A DNA stretch of 56,628 bases, the filler included, from Sphacelaria rigidula (lineage: Eukaryota): the NCBI GenBank assembly GCA_964200075.2. It is 6 parts of 6 records of this genome, joined end to end, with 100 filler letters (N's around TTAATTAATTAA, not from the genome) between each part and the next. Parts side by side here need not be neighbours in the genome. Positions count along the whole stretch, not along the records: positions 1 to 9,356 come from CAXNAA020008687.1; positions 9,457 to 18,812 come from CAXNAA020008688.1; 4 more parts are not named here. The stretch is one strand, 5' to 3'. Below are positions 1 through 12,098 of the stretch, in pieces. The position numbers and the translations under genes were made by a program. The notes below the pieces were generated by a model. That model searched no databases, was not told the DNA's origin, and saw nothing but the letters and a program-made list of their open reading frames with translations. Position 1 is the stretch's first letter; the number at the start of each line of letters is the position of its first letter.

Positions 1-661
1 ACGTGTACTTTTTCCAAGTGAATATTGATGCCGATTCAGCAGGTGACCTACTCTCGCGGTCTGACGGTTAAGCCCTCCTGCGGAGTTTGGGGGGGGGAGA
101 TACTTTCGCTTTGTGTAACTCTTTCGTATCTTTCCTGCAATAGAGAAATGGGACTTCAACCTCACTTTTTGTTTCAACCCCAAGAATTAGGATCGGCTGT
201 TAGTTCCACTTAAACTCCAGTTCCAGTTTCACTGCCAGTACAAACTGGTCCAGTTCACAGCCGTACGAATCACATATCCTTGTCCACGTCACTGATGGTG
301 GGGATGATATCAATTGTTGGTACATCTTGGAAACATGCACATATAGCCATGCCGTACGAGCTATGCCTGGAAAACATGCAGGTGTAACCTATGTGTGAAT
401 GACAGCTGGGAAACATGTAGGCTTGATTCATGCACATCTGCGTATGTATGGTTCATGTCCAACTACCGTGATGACAGGTGAAAAAGATGTATGTTCGATT
501 TACCACGCCATATGAATCATTGGTGAGAAGCGAGGACGGACGCCCTTTCTCAAAGGAATTGTATCCTTTGACCCGCGATTGAACAGTCACGCGAATACTC
601 CACGCACGGTTGGCCCCCTACATCTCTCGTGTCTCCACTCTCTGGCTGTAAGGGTAGGCCA

Positions 662-995
662 TGTTGGAGTGTTTGTAGCTTCGTGACCCCGTGAGAGGAT
701 GGGGTGCAGACTCGACTGCGATAGTCGATCAATGGACACGGCTGACTGCCGATCAAGATAAGGTAGAAATGTATATTAAGCTTTGTTGATGAAGAGAGAA
801 GGAAGGGGAGTGGACGCAGTTGGGGTCAAGGTCCCAACATGCGACGAGCACCACTCACGTATGTCCAGTCACTAACATCCCAATATAAAGTCATCCCGCG
901 TAGTACCCAGAACTCAAACAGGTATATCACTAGACTATTGTATCTTATCCTGACAAGGTGTATCTTACGGACCACCCCGAGCCATCCTACGAACA
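662..995 (-). repeat. 3' LTR
   Basis: TG...CA termini; matches 3970-4329; adjacent to the PPT. Confidence 0.95.
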
Positions 996-3362
996 CCCCC
1001 CCATCGACCGGGTGTCAAACAGGAAGATTCAAAGATTATACTAAGTGGACATAACTACCCACCGGAAAAAGAACTCTTCCGCTCACGGCGATTTCAACAG
1101 GTATATCCTCTCAAGAAATGAATTTCATCAGCAACCGTAAAACCACCGTAAACCCCGCAACTCATCACTGCTTTCAACGACTATGGCACCAGTCAAGAAT
1201 CAAATACGTCGGTACACTTCTTCTTCACACCAAGACAAATAAATAGGGATACATGAGCTGTGTGTTCACCACTCTGTAGCTCCTGGTGGTCAATCCACGC
1301 AAAACGCAAGTCAAATTCTGCAACTGTACTAGCCCATGCTCCTTACAAAAGCGTGGGTGATCGTACTTAGCATTCGAGAAACCTGCACTACGCACGCGAA
1401 ACCAAGCTCCTAGGTAACATATATGAACCCACACAACACAGTGCAGTTGACAACTTTCGAAACTCGGATCACATGTTGCAAAATCCACTTCACAGTCAGT
1501 CAGCTGCCTGCAGTACAAGAATCAAATTTCAAAATTCAAATTTCAGCAATCCATACTGCAATAGTGCCTACGTCATCAAACCAAACTAGACACTCACTAC
1601 ATCTACTTAACCCCTTGTTCCCCCTCGGTGACCGGCGGAGCAAAGCAGCTCAACGCCTTCAGATAAAACACACGGTCAGCATCAGCCCCCCCCCAATTCT
1701 TGCTATCAAAGTCTCCCCCCCCCCCGCTTCTAGGCCACGGGGAAGGAGTGCTGCATTCATCATCTTTCCCCCATTGCGGGGAGATGTGCAGCGAGGGGGT
1801 CCTGGTCGGTCACCGCCCTCCAAAACCATCCGCCATCTCATGCTCGTCTCAGCCTTACAGACAGCACCTGTGTTGAACAGAAATGGTTTTTGGAGGCTCA
1901 GCGTCTCACATATCGTGCAGACCCGAGGGGAATGGGCAGTGGGACAACAGAAAAGAAAAGTATCAATATCCATGTTACTCAGGCGCGTCAATCACCAACC
2001 GATGAACATACTTTCACCACGTACCGTACTGTGGTGTCGCGTTACGGCAGTCGCGAACGCACACCCACATACTATACCCGGATCCAGCACTATTATTTCA
2101 ACTCTTCACTTCTCGTTCACATACCACACATGGATCAAACGGCAGTTCGGCCGCTAGCATCCTGGCTGCATGAAACAGTACACTTAGTCTTTTACATGCC
2201 GTGCCAACATGTGTAAACCTGTATGAAATTCGCCTGGCCAGCCAACCGAGCAACGACCAGCTGCCATATGGGTGATACAATGCACTCTTCTTTCAGCATG
2301 CTGTGCACGTGCAACGCATCTTTCACATAACATCATCAGCTCTATTTATCTGCCATCAAATATGGGCCACATGCGTTTTGCTGACCTGTAGCACAGGAAT
2401 TTCACTTGTGCCCACAGTCACTCTTCCGAAATTGTCATGATCAGGCCAAGCTACCAGTATTGCACTATACTTAGTCCTTGCTCCTACCATAAACAACGAA
2501 GTCTTATCAACCGATCCAGTCAAGAAACCGATGCCTCGCGAATCCTGCACCTCTCGGAATGATGACAACTTTTTCACTTAGATGTCGAGTTTGGGAATCC
2601 ACCTCAAATTTTGTGGTCTCAACCATCATTCATCTGCATACCCCTCTGCGGAAAGGTTTACCGACATCACCCTCTAGTCTAGTCAGACCATGGTGCCCCA
2701 CGTGCCTGTACTCACCAAGGCGACGAGCAAGGTTCCACCTCAACCGATCAAGTAAGGATGTGGTGCCCCACAGTCCTGCGCTTATCGGGGTGGCAACAAT
2801 GTTACACATAAGCGTTGAGTTTCGGCATCGATGTCAAAACATGTCCTCAACACTCTTCACGCCCTTCACTCTGTACAATTTTACCGACACCGTTCCACAG
2901 TCAAGTCAAGTCGCGGTGCCCCGCTGTCCTCACACTTACAAAAACGGCAGACGATCTTCTATTCATCAATCGAGTCAAACAAGCGCGCAAAGCAAGTCTG
3001 CACTCATAGAGACAGAATATTCGTCAAACATCAACGCTGAGTTTCGGTGTCCCTATCGAAAATATGGTCTCAGCATCGTCCAGAGGTGTCAACATCTCGA
3101 TCCACCTGGGCAACAACCTGTCCTTGGGTACATGAATCGATATCTGCATGATGGCCACGAACACTCAAAATATATCAATATCAACGGGGTATTTGAGTCA
3201 TGCGTAGGTTTCATGCCAATATTTTCGCACGGCTTCTGCGTCCGCTTCTAAATATACTGTAGAATCCGTACTACTCGACAACCCTACTGCCATCGCTGTA
3301 TTCGTCCTCTCCTGTACTACAATCCTGAAACGAATATCCCTTTTTCGAATTCCCTTGCCACT

Positions 3363-3923
3363 TCACGGGGGTCCTGGCCAGTTTCCTGTGTCATACAGGA
3401 ATATTTCCCGTCTGTCACGTGAGGCGCTTATGAAAACAGCGGCACTAACTTGTGTCAGGGAATCATCATCACGGAACAACAGCCAATTTTCCTCCCTACC
3501 ATCAAACTTCTCATCGAATCTTTCAACACGAAAACAACTCTTCAAGCCTACATGAGGGTAGTAATCCGGGGACTCCTCGTTCATACTTACTTGGGCGGAT
3601 CCATCGCCCGTGGATCCTCGGAGAGGGCCTGATACAATCCCTACACCGCGTGGTGACCGGACCCTCCCTGTTCCGGCACCGGCGATGGTGTGCCTCCCGT
3701 CACCTGCCTCCCCCTCCCCGCCCACTGCCGCTCCAAGGCCAGTGGACGATGTCCCGCGCACTAATTGGGACACCATCATCCTCAGCTCCGCCAGCTGCTC
3801 GGTAATTCCCGTCACCGATCCGTGCAAGCTGGCGACATTCTCTTTCACCTCCAGCATCTCCGTTGAAGACGATGTGTCTCCTACGACAGCCGAGTATCTT
3901 TCCGCAGTGCTCCAGTCCCCCAT
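3363..3923 (-). pseudogene. Truncated gag-like ORF of the LTR element
   Basis: ATG lies 47 nt inside the 5' LTR boundary. A coiled-coil-like stretch (VASLHGSVTGITEQLAELRMMVSQL) precedes KFDGREENWLLFR, resembling the Gag N-terminal FxGxxxxW motif. Downstream are only fragmentary Copia-like pol traces (VKDALHVHSML about 2300, CVVC about 2120, TSPRNG about 1775). Confidence 0.55.
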
Positions 3924-3969
3924 CGGTCCCTTGGCCACAAAGCTCCCAAGTTGGGTAGGGACTCTAGAG

Positions 3970-4329
3970 TGTTGGAGTATTTGTAGCTTCGTGACCCCGT
4001 GAGAGGATGGGATGCAGACTCGACTCAGATAGTTGATCAATGGACACGACTGCGATAGTCGATCAATGGACACGGCTGACTGCCGATCAAGATAAGGTAG
4101 AAATGTATATTAAGCTTTGTTGATGAAGAGGGAAGGAAGAGGAGTGGACGCAGTTGGGGTCAAGGTCCCAACATGCGACGAGCACCACTCACGTATGTCC
4201 AGTCACTAACATCCCAATATAAAGTCATCCCGCGTAGTACCCGGAACTCAAACAGGTATATCACTAGACTATTGTACCTTATCCTGACAAGGTGTATCTT
4301 ACGGACCACCCCGGGCCATCCTACGAACA
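3970..4329 (-). repeat. 5' LTR
   Basis: TG...CA termini; matches 662-995; carries an extra 26-bp unit (cgactcagatagttgatcaatggaca) at about 4021-4046. Confidence 0.95.
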
Positions 4330-4809
4330 GGCCATATCCCTTGAATCAGCACTATCTCCCTGGAAAAGAGAATTCGCTCAACCCCGCACACTAGCGACGT
4401 GGTATTTTCCGTAAAATCTATCGAACACGAACAAAAACTCCGCGAAAAATCTCATGCTATTTCATATAACACACGGATAGATTTACAAAAAGCGCATTGA
4501 CCTGCACTACTCGAGATCTGCGCGAACTGGGGCGGCCCAGAGGCGGATTGACCAGCCTGGATCCGTTTTTGAGGCTCAACCATTGGGTAAGGTTCAACTC
4601 GAAAACAGTGCGTTTTTCCCGGACCTAAAGCCACGATCGGTGAATTCCATATGGACGACCTCATGCCCCCCGACCTCCTTAAGACATTTTTTTGGGGGGG
4701 TTGCCCGTCTTCCGTGCCCCCAAAGCGTATGTGCGAAAGCACCATTTTGTCTCGATATCGGGGCAAAAAAAGGGACCTTTTTAGCCCGAAATTGATAATT
4801 TCGCACATA

Positions 4810-5101
4810 ACAATGTTTTCGTGAGATTGAGAGTAGAGGATACGAGTGAAAATCGGCCAATTAGTGAATGAATCGTTTCAATTCCGAAATGCCCCTCCAC
4901 AAGACCCGATATTCCTTCTGTAGTAGCTTGCTACTGAGGCCCTTGATATCCCTGACTAGGATATCGGGGTGTAGCTGTAAGTACACTACTAGTGATGAGG
5001 GGAAAGAAAAGCACACACGGAATGAAAAATGGCCAAGTTAAAGCGAATGACCAAAGCCACTCTCAATCAGCGTTCTACTCTTAATCTCACGAAAACATTG
5101 T
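4810..5101. mobile_element. MITE family 1, copy 1 (TA-flanked, Tc1/mariner-like)
   Basis: TIRs ACAATGTTTTCGTGAGATTGAGAGTAG / CTACTCTTAATCTCACGAAAACATTGT, with TA on both sides; homologous copies at 24991 and 53964. Confidence 0.85.
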
Positions 5102-6349
5102 TATACAGATGGCGTCACTACTTACGAAACTCACAGTTGAGGCGAGGCTCAAATCTCATTCTTATCGCCGAGCCAAGCATAATTTCTTGAAGCCAATTCC
5201 TTACTATCCGCACACGCGCAATGATGAATTTCTTAAAGACCATTTTGTTTTTTCCCCGGCCGCGTACAAAATGATGGAATGCTTGAAAGGTAATATCTTT
5301 GTTTGCGAACCGATATAGTACTACAGTACAATGTAGCAAGACATTTCGGGGTTTTTTGCAGTGTTGCTTGGACAGATTATCCGCAGGGGGCCTTGCAGTA
5401 TACAACGAACAAAAGTGGTTGAGCAGTGCAGTCGCAGTGTACTGTTCTGCTGTGCAATAAATGTAAATAAGTACAATTATATCGGGGGTGAATCGCAATA
5501 CAAGTATTACACTGTACCATACATGTATGATATAGTGTCATGGTTCGATACTCACCGCCTAGCTGGGAATGGTGCCAGTTCAATGGGCACCTGGGCTAGC
5601 GGGCTCAAACACAATCGTGAATATCGAATCCATTGAGCTCGACGTTACCGAGTGCAGAGCCAGTCATGTTCGCAGCGTCGGGCTGCATACCCGATGGGCT
5701 GCTCGGACGCCAGAACACCAAATCTTGCATGAAAAACAGGCTTACATTTCGAAGAGACCAGAGATCCCTCTGACACCGCAGTCCGTGATGGCGTAGATAC
5801 TCTTGTATTTTTGGCGTACAGACTAACTTGTGCTTTGCTAGTTGAGATGCATAGTCCAAAACGCTGTAACACATGGGGGCAGCCAGCTCAATCCAACCAC
5901 ACACTGTAGTATGACCCATCAGGTACCAAGCATGACAAAGTATGAAACATGGAACCTAGTCGACTGGAAAATGACCACTAAATCTGTAACACCCCCCTAG
6001 CCATATTTATACGGCTAAACAAAAATGTATTGGAGGGCTGGAAGGGCCAGAACAAAAACAAAGCCTGTGCATCATACGCCTGAAAGTAAAACGAGAAAAA
6101 CCTGCTAAATTACAGTACAGGGGAAAACTCGTTGCAGATCTAATAAATAGGTAAACCCTGATAAGCAGGGGAAACATCCACCCGTTAGGAAAGGAAAAAA
6201 AATTATAACACCCTTTCCAACGACAGAAACAGCAGACAAGTACGGTCGCCGTCGTTTTCCCGGGATATCAGACTGGAGAAGGATCGGCTAGTCAGCTTGA
6301 TCGCGCGTCGACACCCCGGATCAGTTACACTGGATTCTGGGGTAGTGCG

Positions 6350-6773
6350 GTGTGATGAAGCTCAGAGGCGTTGCAAGGTGTACGCTGTGCGGGTCTGCTC
6401 GTAGACCCTGGATTCCGTGACGCGTTGTTATCGCGTTTGCTACTGTTACTAGTTAGGGTTGTTGAGCCGCGGCCGCAGGCCGCGTCGCCCCATCTCAAAC
6501 AGTTACTGCCCTTGCCGTGGTCGACTGAATTCCTCCGCGCAATTACATTGTGCCGAGGTGATGTAATTCAACTGCATAAGGACTCGTCTAGGATGGGCTA
6601 GTGTGATGAAGCTCAGAGGCGTTGTAAGATGTACGCTGTGCGGGTCTGCTCGTATGCCCTGGATTCCGTGACGCGTTGTTATCGCGTTTACTACTGTCAT
6701 TAGTTAGGGTTGTTGAGCCGCGGCCGCAGGCTGCTTCGCCCCATCTCAAACAGTTACTGCCCTTGCCGTGGTC
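6350..6773 (+). repeat. Direct repeat, 2 x ~173 bp, period 251 bp
   Basis: gtgtgatgaagctcagaggcg...cccttgccgtggtc at 6350-6522 and 6601-6773. Confidence 0.9.
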
Positions 6774-7639
6774 TACCCTGGGCCATCACTACACTCTGCA
6801 CCTATGGCTGCCCTGCGGCTGTACTGAGTAAGAGAGCTGCTTGTAGATAAAACGTGAGGCTATGAAACACGTGAGTTCTTCATCAACAGTCTAACATGGA
6901 TTAACCTACTTGTGATTGTTCAGGATGGATAACTAGGTCTGTGTGAAGTTGCCCACGTGGGAGCTTGGTGGGTTGGCACCATGGTATCCCCTAGCACTCA
7001 TACTGAGAAACCCCAGCCAGTGCATCAGCTACTCCCTCTATATGACAGGGGGGGTTGAACCTCGCTAAAAACAACCTTTCCATGAACTGATCAATAGTTA
7101 CAGGAGTGCAGCTTTTGAGGGGTGCTCTTCTGTAACTACTGACGCTTATTCTACTGTAACTAGAGCCCACGCGCCTTGGCTTACACATGTGTCCATATGT
7201 TACCAAATGGGGAGCAACAACAATAAAAAAGCGACAAAAAAAGAAGAAGTCAGGAACACTCGAATTCATTACTGAAACGTACGGTACCAGCGATATAGAG
7301 CTACTTATTCACTTATTTCATCACCACATTCCTCCCGCGATGATATCATATACCACATCACACAACAGCTACTCGTAAACATAGATGGCTGCAGACTATC
7401 CTTGGCTCCTCCGTTCCAGCTTGAGGCGCTAGCGTTCCCGGCGAGATAGCTCTTTCCAGTCTCCATCTTCGTATCGTACTCCCCGAAGCGATTCCCATAA
7501 TCATACATTTGGCGCTTCAGCTGGGCACTGCTCGAGCATTTTCAGGAGGTAGCATCTATGAGCAAAAGCTCCAAAGCATCACTCGTGGGGGAGCGGGGTG
7601 CTCTGAGTGCGATGGCGGGGTCGAAGAAATTGTGGGGTG

Positions 7640-8100
7640 ACACAGGTGCAAAAGGCTCATGACGCAGTATGGAGCAGTGGGTTGTGGGAAAATATATGAG
7701 GAACTGTGATCAAAGGAAGGGTGTGGACGATGACGACGACAGAAATGTGCCAAAAGTGCGATGATGCTAGACAGGGACATATCGATCTATTTTGATACTT
7801 TGCAAGGAGTCGTACCAGGATGTAGGTTATCACCCTGTCTACTCGAGGTATTCTTTGATGACCTGATACTAGCATTAGACATGGCAAAGCAAAGGGTGAA
7901 GTTGCTGAACAAATTGGAAACAGTGCAGCTGGCAGCAGCTAAAAGAATACTGTGATGCGGAAACGGTGCAAATGGCAGCAGGTAAAAGACTACTTGGATG
8001 CAATGAAATTGGTGAAGGAGTTGGGAACAGTACAGATTACAGCAGCTAAGGAAATTACTTAGATGCTCGAAACAACTGAGTACGCCCCCCCTCCCCCCCT
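7640..8100 (+). mobile_element. Internally deleted non-LTR retrotransposon (LINE) RT relic
   Basis: QKAHDAVW..GLW, then QGVVPGCRLSPCLLEVFFDDLI (LINE RT GVxQGCxLSP motif), joined directly to post-RT LETVQLAAAKRIL; has frameshifts. Confidence 0.8.
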
Positions 8101-8654
8101 TTGGAGTCTTTCCCTTTTCCCCACCCGTCAGTGCCTGAAAAACGTAGAGTTCTCGACAATCCAACACGGTGGCAGATACAGGCAATGCAATCCAACACGG
8201 CGACAAATTCAGGGGTCAGGTGGAATGTGGGTGTAGTGTTTCAGTTTGGTCCACCCCAAGGTGGGACGCAAACACTTCGGGTATAGAGTGTTTCGGATGG
8301 GGTGAACGGATATGGAAGAAACTTCTTACTCTTGAGACAGCGGTGGTACATGTGTAATGTTTACGGCCAGTCCAGAGCTCGAAGGGAAACGTGTCAGACG
8401 GTAGCATGGCGTCGGGTCGTCGGGTAGGGTGCGATTGCGCTAGAGTTTGCGTAAAACATACTCTCTTTGGGGCCAAGATTTGTACAATTCTGCAATCTCT
8501 TCGGCAGCCGTCCCCCTAGGTTCTCGAATCCTGTAAAACTGTAGAGATGATCAAAGAGAAAATAAAACAGACAAAACATGCTGAATAAAAATATAATAAT
8601 GAGATACGTTGTACTTAATGTACGGAGATAAAACACAGAATTGACAAGAAACGT

Positions 8655-9180
8655 GACCTCACACGCATAAGTTGTACATTGATAGTCGTTGGGCGAGTCT
8701 CTAGTTCGTATACCATATGCTAGCTGAGCCAGTATGAGACGACCGGATTGTGGCAGTGAAGTCTTGCTGCAGTTGTACCGCACATAAGTTTGACAGAAAA
8801 AGGAGAGCGCGCGTTTACCTACATAGTGTAGCAATACTGTTGGCTTTCCTACTTATTGAGAATATCGTTTAGCAGGGCGACTAGAATGCTACGCTCCTGG
8901 ACAAACTGTCCAAGGTACCCGGTGGGTCTAGAAACGAACGTAGTTTTTTTACTGTATGGACGTGACATCTGAGCAATTGCGTTGCGTTTGGAGGGGGCTA
9001 GTTGTATGCCGGTATCATCGATCAGCAGGCTAAGGAACTTGTGAGACCCTGCAGTAAAGATCCATTTGGCGAATTTGGCGAATTTCACCAAACATAAAAT
9101 CGTGTAGTCGACAAACTTTGCCGGGGAAAGTTGGGTAAGCAACACCTCGATCAAGAAGCTTGTGCATTTCTTCTCTGATC
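8655..9180 (-). mobile_element. Ty3/Gypsy RT-RNase H relic
   Basis: KFLSLLIDDTGIQLAPSKRNAIAQMSRP...TGYLGQFVQERSILVALLNDIL matches the Gypsy RT thumb/connection pattern (FLG..GI....K..AI....P...GY.R.FV); followed by RNase H-like ILAQLAYG. Confidence 0.7.
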
Positions 9181-9289
9181 ATGCGGCGTTCTCATGGTGG
9201 GAGGCTGCGTTGTTTTGTGGCAAAGGGTGTGCACGCGAGACAACAACCAGCAAAAATATGGAACTCGTACTTCGCCCCCCCCCCAAGGG

Positions 9290-9356
9290 GGTTGTGGCAT
9301 GAAATCGTTTGATGTACTAGACAGTAGGGAGAAAACGATGGCTATACTAGGGGATA
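9290..9356 (+). mobile_element. LINE ORF2 C-terminal fragment, cut by the contig end
   Basis: FDVLDSREKTMAILGD resembles the C-terminus of algal LINE ORF2 (recalled similarity). Confidence 0.5.
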
Positions 9357-9456
9357 NNNNNNNNNNNNNNNNNNNNNNNNNNNNNNNNNNNNNNNNNNNN
9401 TTAATTAATTAANNNNNNNNNNNNNNNNNNNNNNNNNNNNNNNNNNNNNNNNNNNN
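9357..9456. other. Artificial contig linker
   Basis: 44 N + TTAATTAATTAA (stops in all six frames) + 44 N. Confidence 0.99.
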
Positions 9457-9873
9457 CGGCTTGTTCGCTGCCTCATGGGTGTCTCACCATGCAAGGGGAG
9501 GGGAGGGGGGGGGGGTCATCTGGGAATTGGACGGGGGGCGTCATTGGGAAGACGTCACTTTAAGGGGAAGACATACAGTATGAAGTAAACGTGTGCACCG
9601 TGAAGCGTGAGAGGGGAAGTATAGGTGGTACTTCTTTTGCCCAAGGCAATTCAGTTGACTTTCCGGTGCTTGGCACTCCTCAGATCTTCAAACATGGAGA
9701 ACACGAAAAAGAAATACTAGATGAACGAAGACAATCACAGTTGCGTGCCTCGCCGTTGTAGCTCTCACGTAGCATAATTTCGTGTCGCTCCTCGTTGCAC
9801 GAGGCGCGGACAACCATAGGGCCCATCTTTCTAGACTCCTACAACGCTCCTGGTACGCCTCTACGGCACGCAC

Positions 9874-10004
9874 CGTGGGGGATCAGTGGAGTCCAACCCC
9901 AGGATCCCGCGTATCCACTTGGACCACTGTGACGCAAAAAAATCAGCGTCGGAGATTGTGTAGCCGTGGTCCAACTGGCTCGCGCAAGCGTTCAGATCGC
10001 CAAC
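9874..10004 (-). CDS. APEX2: AP endonuclease (APE2/Apn2-like, ExoIII family), last visible exon
   Basis: acag|GTT...CG|gtgcgt; encodes VGDLNACASQLDHGYTISDADFFASQWSKWIRGILGLDSTDPP with the catalytic GDxN motif; phase-0 join to the preceding exon. Confidence 0.88.
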
Positions 10005-10567
10005 CTGTTGTCACGAGCGTCGCGTGATCACAATCACAAGCATGAGGGGTGCGGAAAAGCAGAAAAGGTTTGCATCTCGCGTTTGTGAAAGCCGTTTTGG
10101 TGATGGCCGTGACACAAATAGCCGCAGCCACAGCAGCAAACAGCGACATCACAACCACCATCACGGCGAACATCACGGCGACGTAGACATCGTACTATTA
10201 CAGTGGAACATTTTTGTTGAAAGTAGGGGTATTACAAAAGTAGTATACAGGATTGGAGGGACGGCAACAGGAAAAATTAATGAAATGGGCCTTGATTTCT
10301 AGGGTGCATATGTTTTCTTATCTCTTGTCGCTGGCCACTGACCGCGGGGACCTTGCGGTCCATCCGAGCTATCGTTTGTTGAAATGGACTCATGGACGCT
10401 CGAGTTACGTCCGTTCATGTATCCACTCGTACTAACAATGTTCCCCCGTATTAGGTACCGCAGTTGAGCGGACTTACTACTGTACGACGTCCATAGATAC
10501 CTATATATAATATCTGTATCTATTATCTCTGTCCAACAAGGGGGGAATACAAATAGCTCGCACTCAC

Positions 10568-10682
10568 AAGGATCACCGCGCGTCCGCGCCCACGTGCTTC
10601 AAAGATGCGTGATTCCAACAGCGCGAGGAAATCTCGCTTAAAACTCCTACGCTCGTCGGTTTTCTCATCCTCATCGCCGGAG
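10568..10682 (-). CDS. APEX2: AP endonuclease exon
   Basis: gcag|C...CTT|gtgagt; SSGDEDEKTDERRSFKRDFLALLESRIFEARGRGRAVIL fits the APE2 ER..FK..F...L..R......GR.VI pattern; phase matches both neighbours. Confidence 0.9.
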
Positions 10683-10769
10683 CTGCATCGGGCCAAAGTA
10701 CAACGCAAGAAGGGTGGTAAAACCAACGTCAACCTGTTGATACATGCAAAAAAGCTCGAACATATGTGC

Positions 10770-11530
10770 TTCGGGTACGGTAAAGTCCGAGTACGAGTAT
10801 CTTGGGGAAAGGGTACTTCAGGTACTCTGCCATACTTCGTAACCTTGCGGTCGATAATTCAGGTACTCTGACGTACTCAGAACTTCGGAGTACAAACACC
10901 TGCTTCAGACACTCAGGGATACTGAGTTATGATACTGGATACTCAGAGACCGAGTATTTTGGGGAGATGGGTACCCGAGGTTTCCGGAAGTACCCAGTAC
11001 TTCTCATAAGTCCTTTCTTCAGGTACTCGGGGAGCACTCAGTACTATACTGTGAGCGCCGAGTACCAGACTGAATACTCTGGTAGGTATTTTCCAGAGCA
11101 TCGAGCACGATACCAAATATTCCCGAGTGCCAGACTGGATATTTTTTCGGGGCGGCTAATCGATGTACTCGGGGGTATTCAGTACTACACTACATAAACT
11201 GAATGCTAGACCGAGTATATCAGAGGGTGAGAACTGTGGTATGCACTCTACTGTACCGGGGTTCCCCTATTGAAGTAGAAATATAGGGGTGTGTATATAT
11301 GAAGCACGCTAATGAGGTATCACGGTACGGCTTATACCGAACATGGATCACCGCGTGGACGTCAACCACCTTGGTACGTGCGTAGGGTACGTGTACCGTG
11401 TACTATGCTCCAGCACAGGTTTCCGACCATTGTTGAGAGGTTGGTACCGGTCCTGTACTCGAGGGTACGCAGTAATTTGGTGGTCTACTCCAGCTACACT
11501 GAAATACTCAGTATTGGGGGGGTGTACTCA
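10770..11530. repeat. Intronic GTAC/ACTC-rich low-complexity repeat element
   Basis: Dense recurrence of gtact/agtac/gagtac motifs; no credible ORF. Confidence 0.55.
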
Positions 11531-12098
11531 TGATCATGCATGCCATAGTCATCAGACCATTGACCTCGCATCCCTACAAAGCCGGGACGGAGCACGCCGG
11601 GTTTTCGCCGGACCAGGCTTGCACTCCAGAAGATCGAATATGCTCAGTGCCTTGAAATATCACGCCTTCTCCGTAGCGCTTTTGACCAGTTTTCAAGTAG
11701 ACACCTGTGCGCTGTGGATATACGCAAGTGTGAAACCTCCAAGAGCCACACAGTAACGCTCACTGTTTTGCGAAGATCAGAGACACCGGTCACACACCGT
11801 ACTTCGCACCGCATTCGCACCTTACCCCCCTCCCCCCCCGCCCACCCCCCGCTCCACGTGCCCACTAGCACCTCAACGGATCACGCTTTCAGCATGTCCC
11901 TTGCCCCTCCCCACCTCCACTCCGCCCCATCTTAAACTCCCGCCTCCCCTCACCCGCACCGTGCTCCGTCTCGAAAGGGATGCGTGGTCAATGGTCAAAC
12001 GACTAAGGCAAGCAACAAATGAGGACGCCCCCTCACCCGCACCCGCTCCACAACTGCACCGTATCCCATTCCGTCTTCAGTTTCTCGCGAGAGCGCAC

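Larger units (their letters stand above)
662..4329 (-). mobile_element. Complete LTR retrotransposon, non-autonomous, probably Copia-derived
   Basis: Direct repeats at 662-995 (334 bp) and 3970-4329 (360 bp), each TGTT...AACA. They differ by 7 substitutions and one 26-bp tandem duplication. 5-bp TSD GGCCA at 657-661 and 4330-4334. A C-run at 996-1002 is a minus-strand polypurine tract and sets the orientation. Confidence 0.95.

Noticed and set aside
1565-1595. CLVWFDD as a Gypsy RT YxDD motif
   Set aside because: Flanking RT motifs are absent, and the neighbouring traces fit Copia order better.
1423-3251. Long plus-strand ORFs (244 aa and 230 aa)
   Set aside because: They are antisense to the decayed LTR-element interior and have no recognisable motifs.
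9401-9412. TTAATTAATTAA recurring every ~9.45 kb as a biological periodic signal
   Set aside because: It is an assembly linker embedded in N runs.
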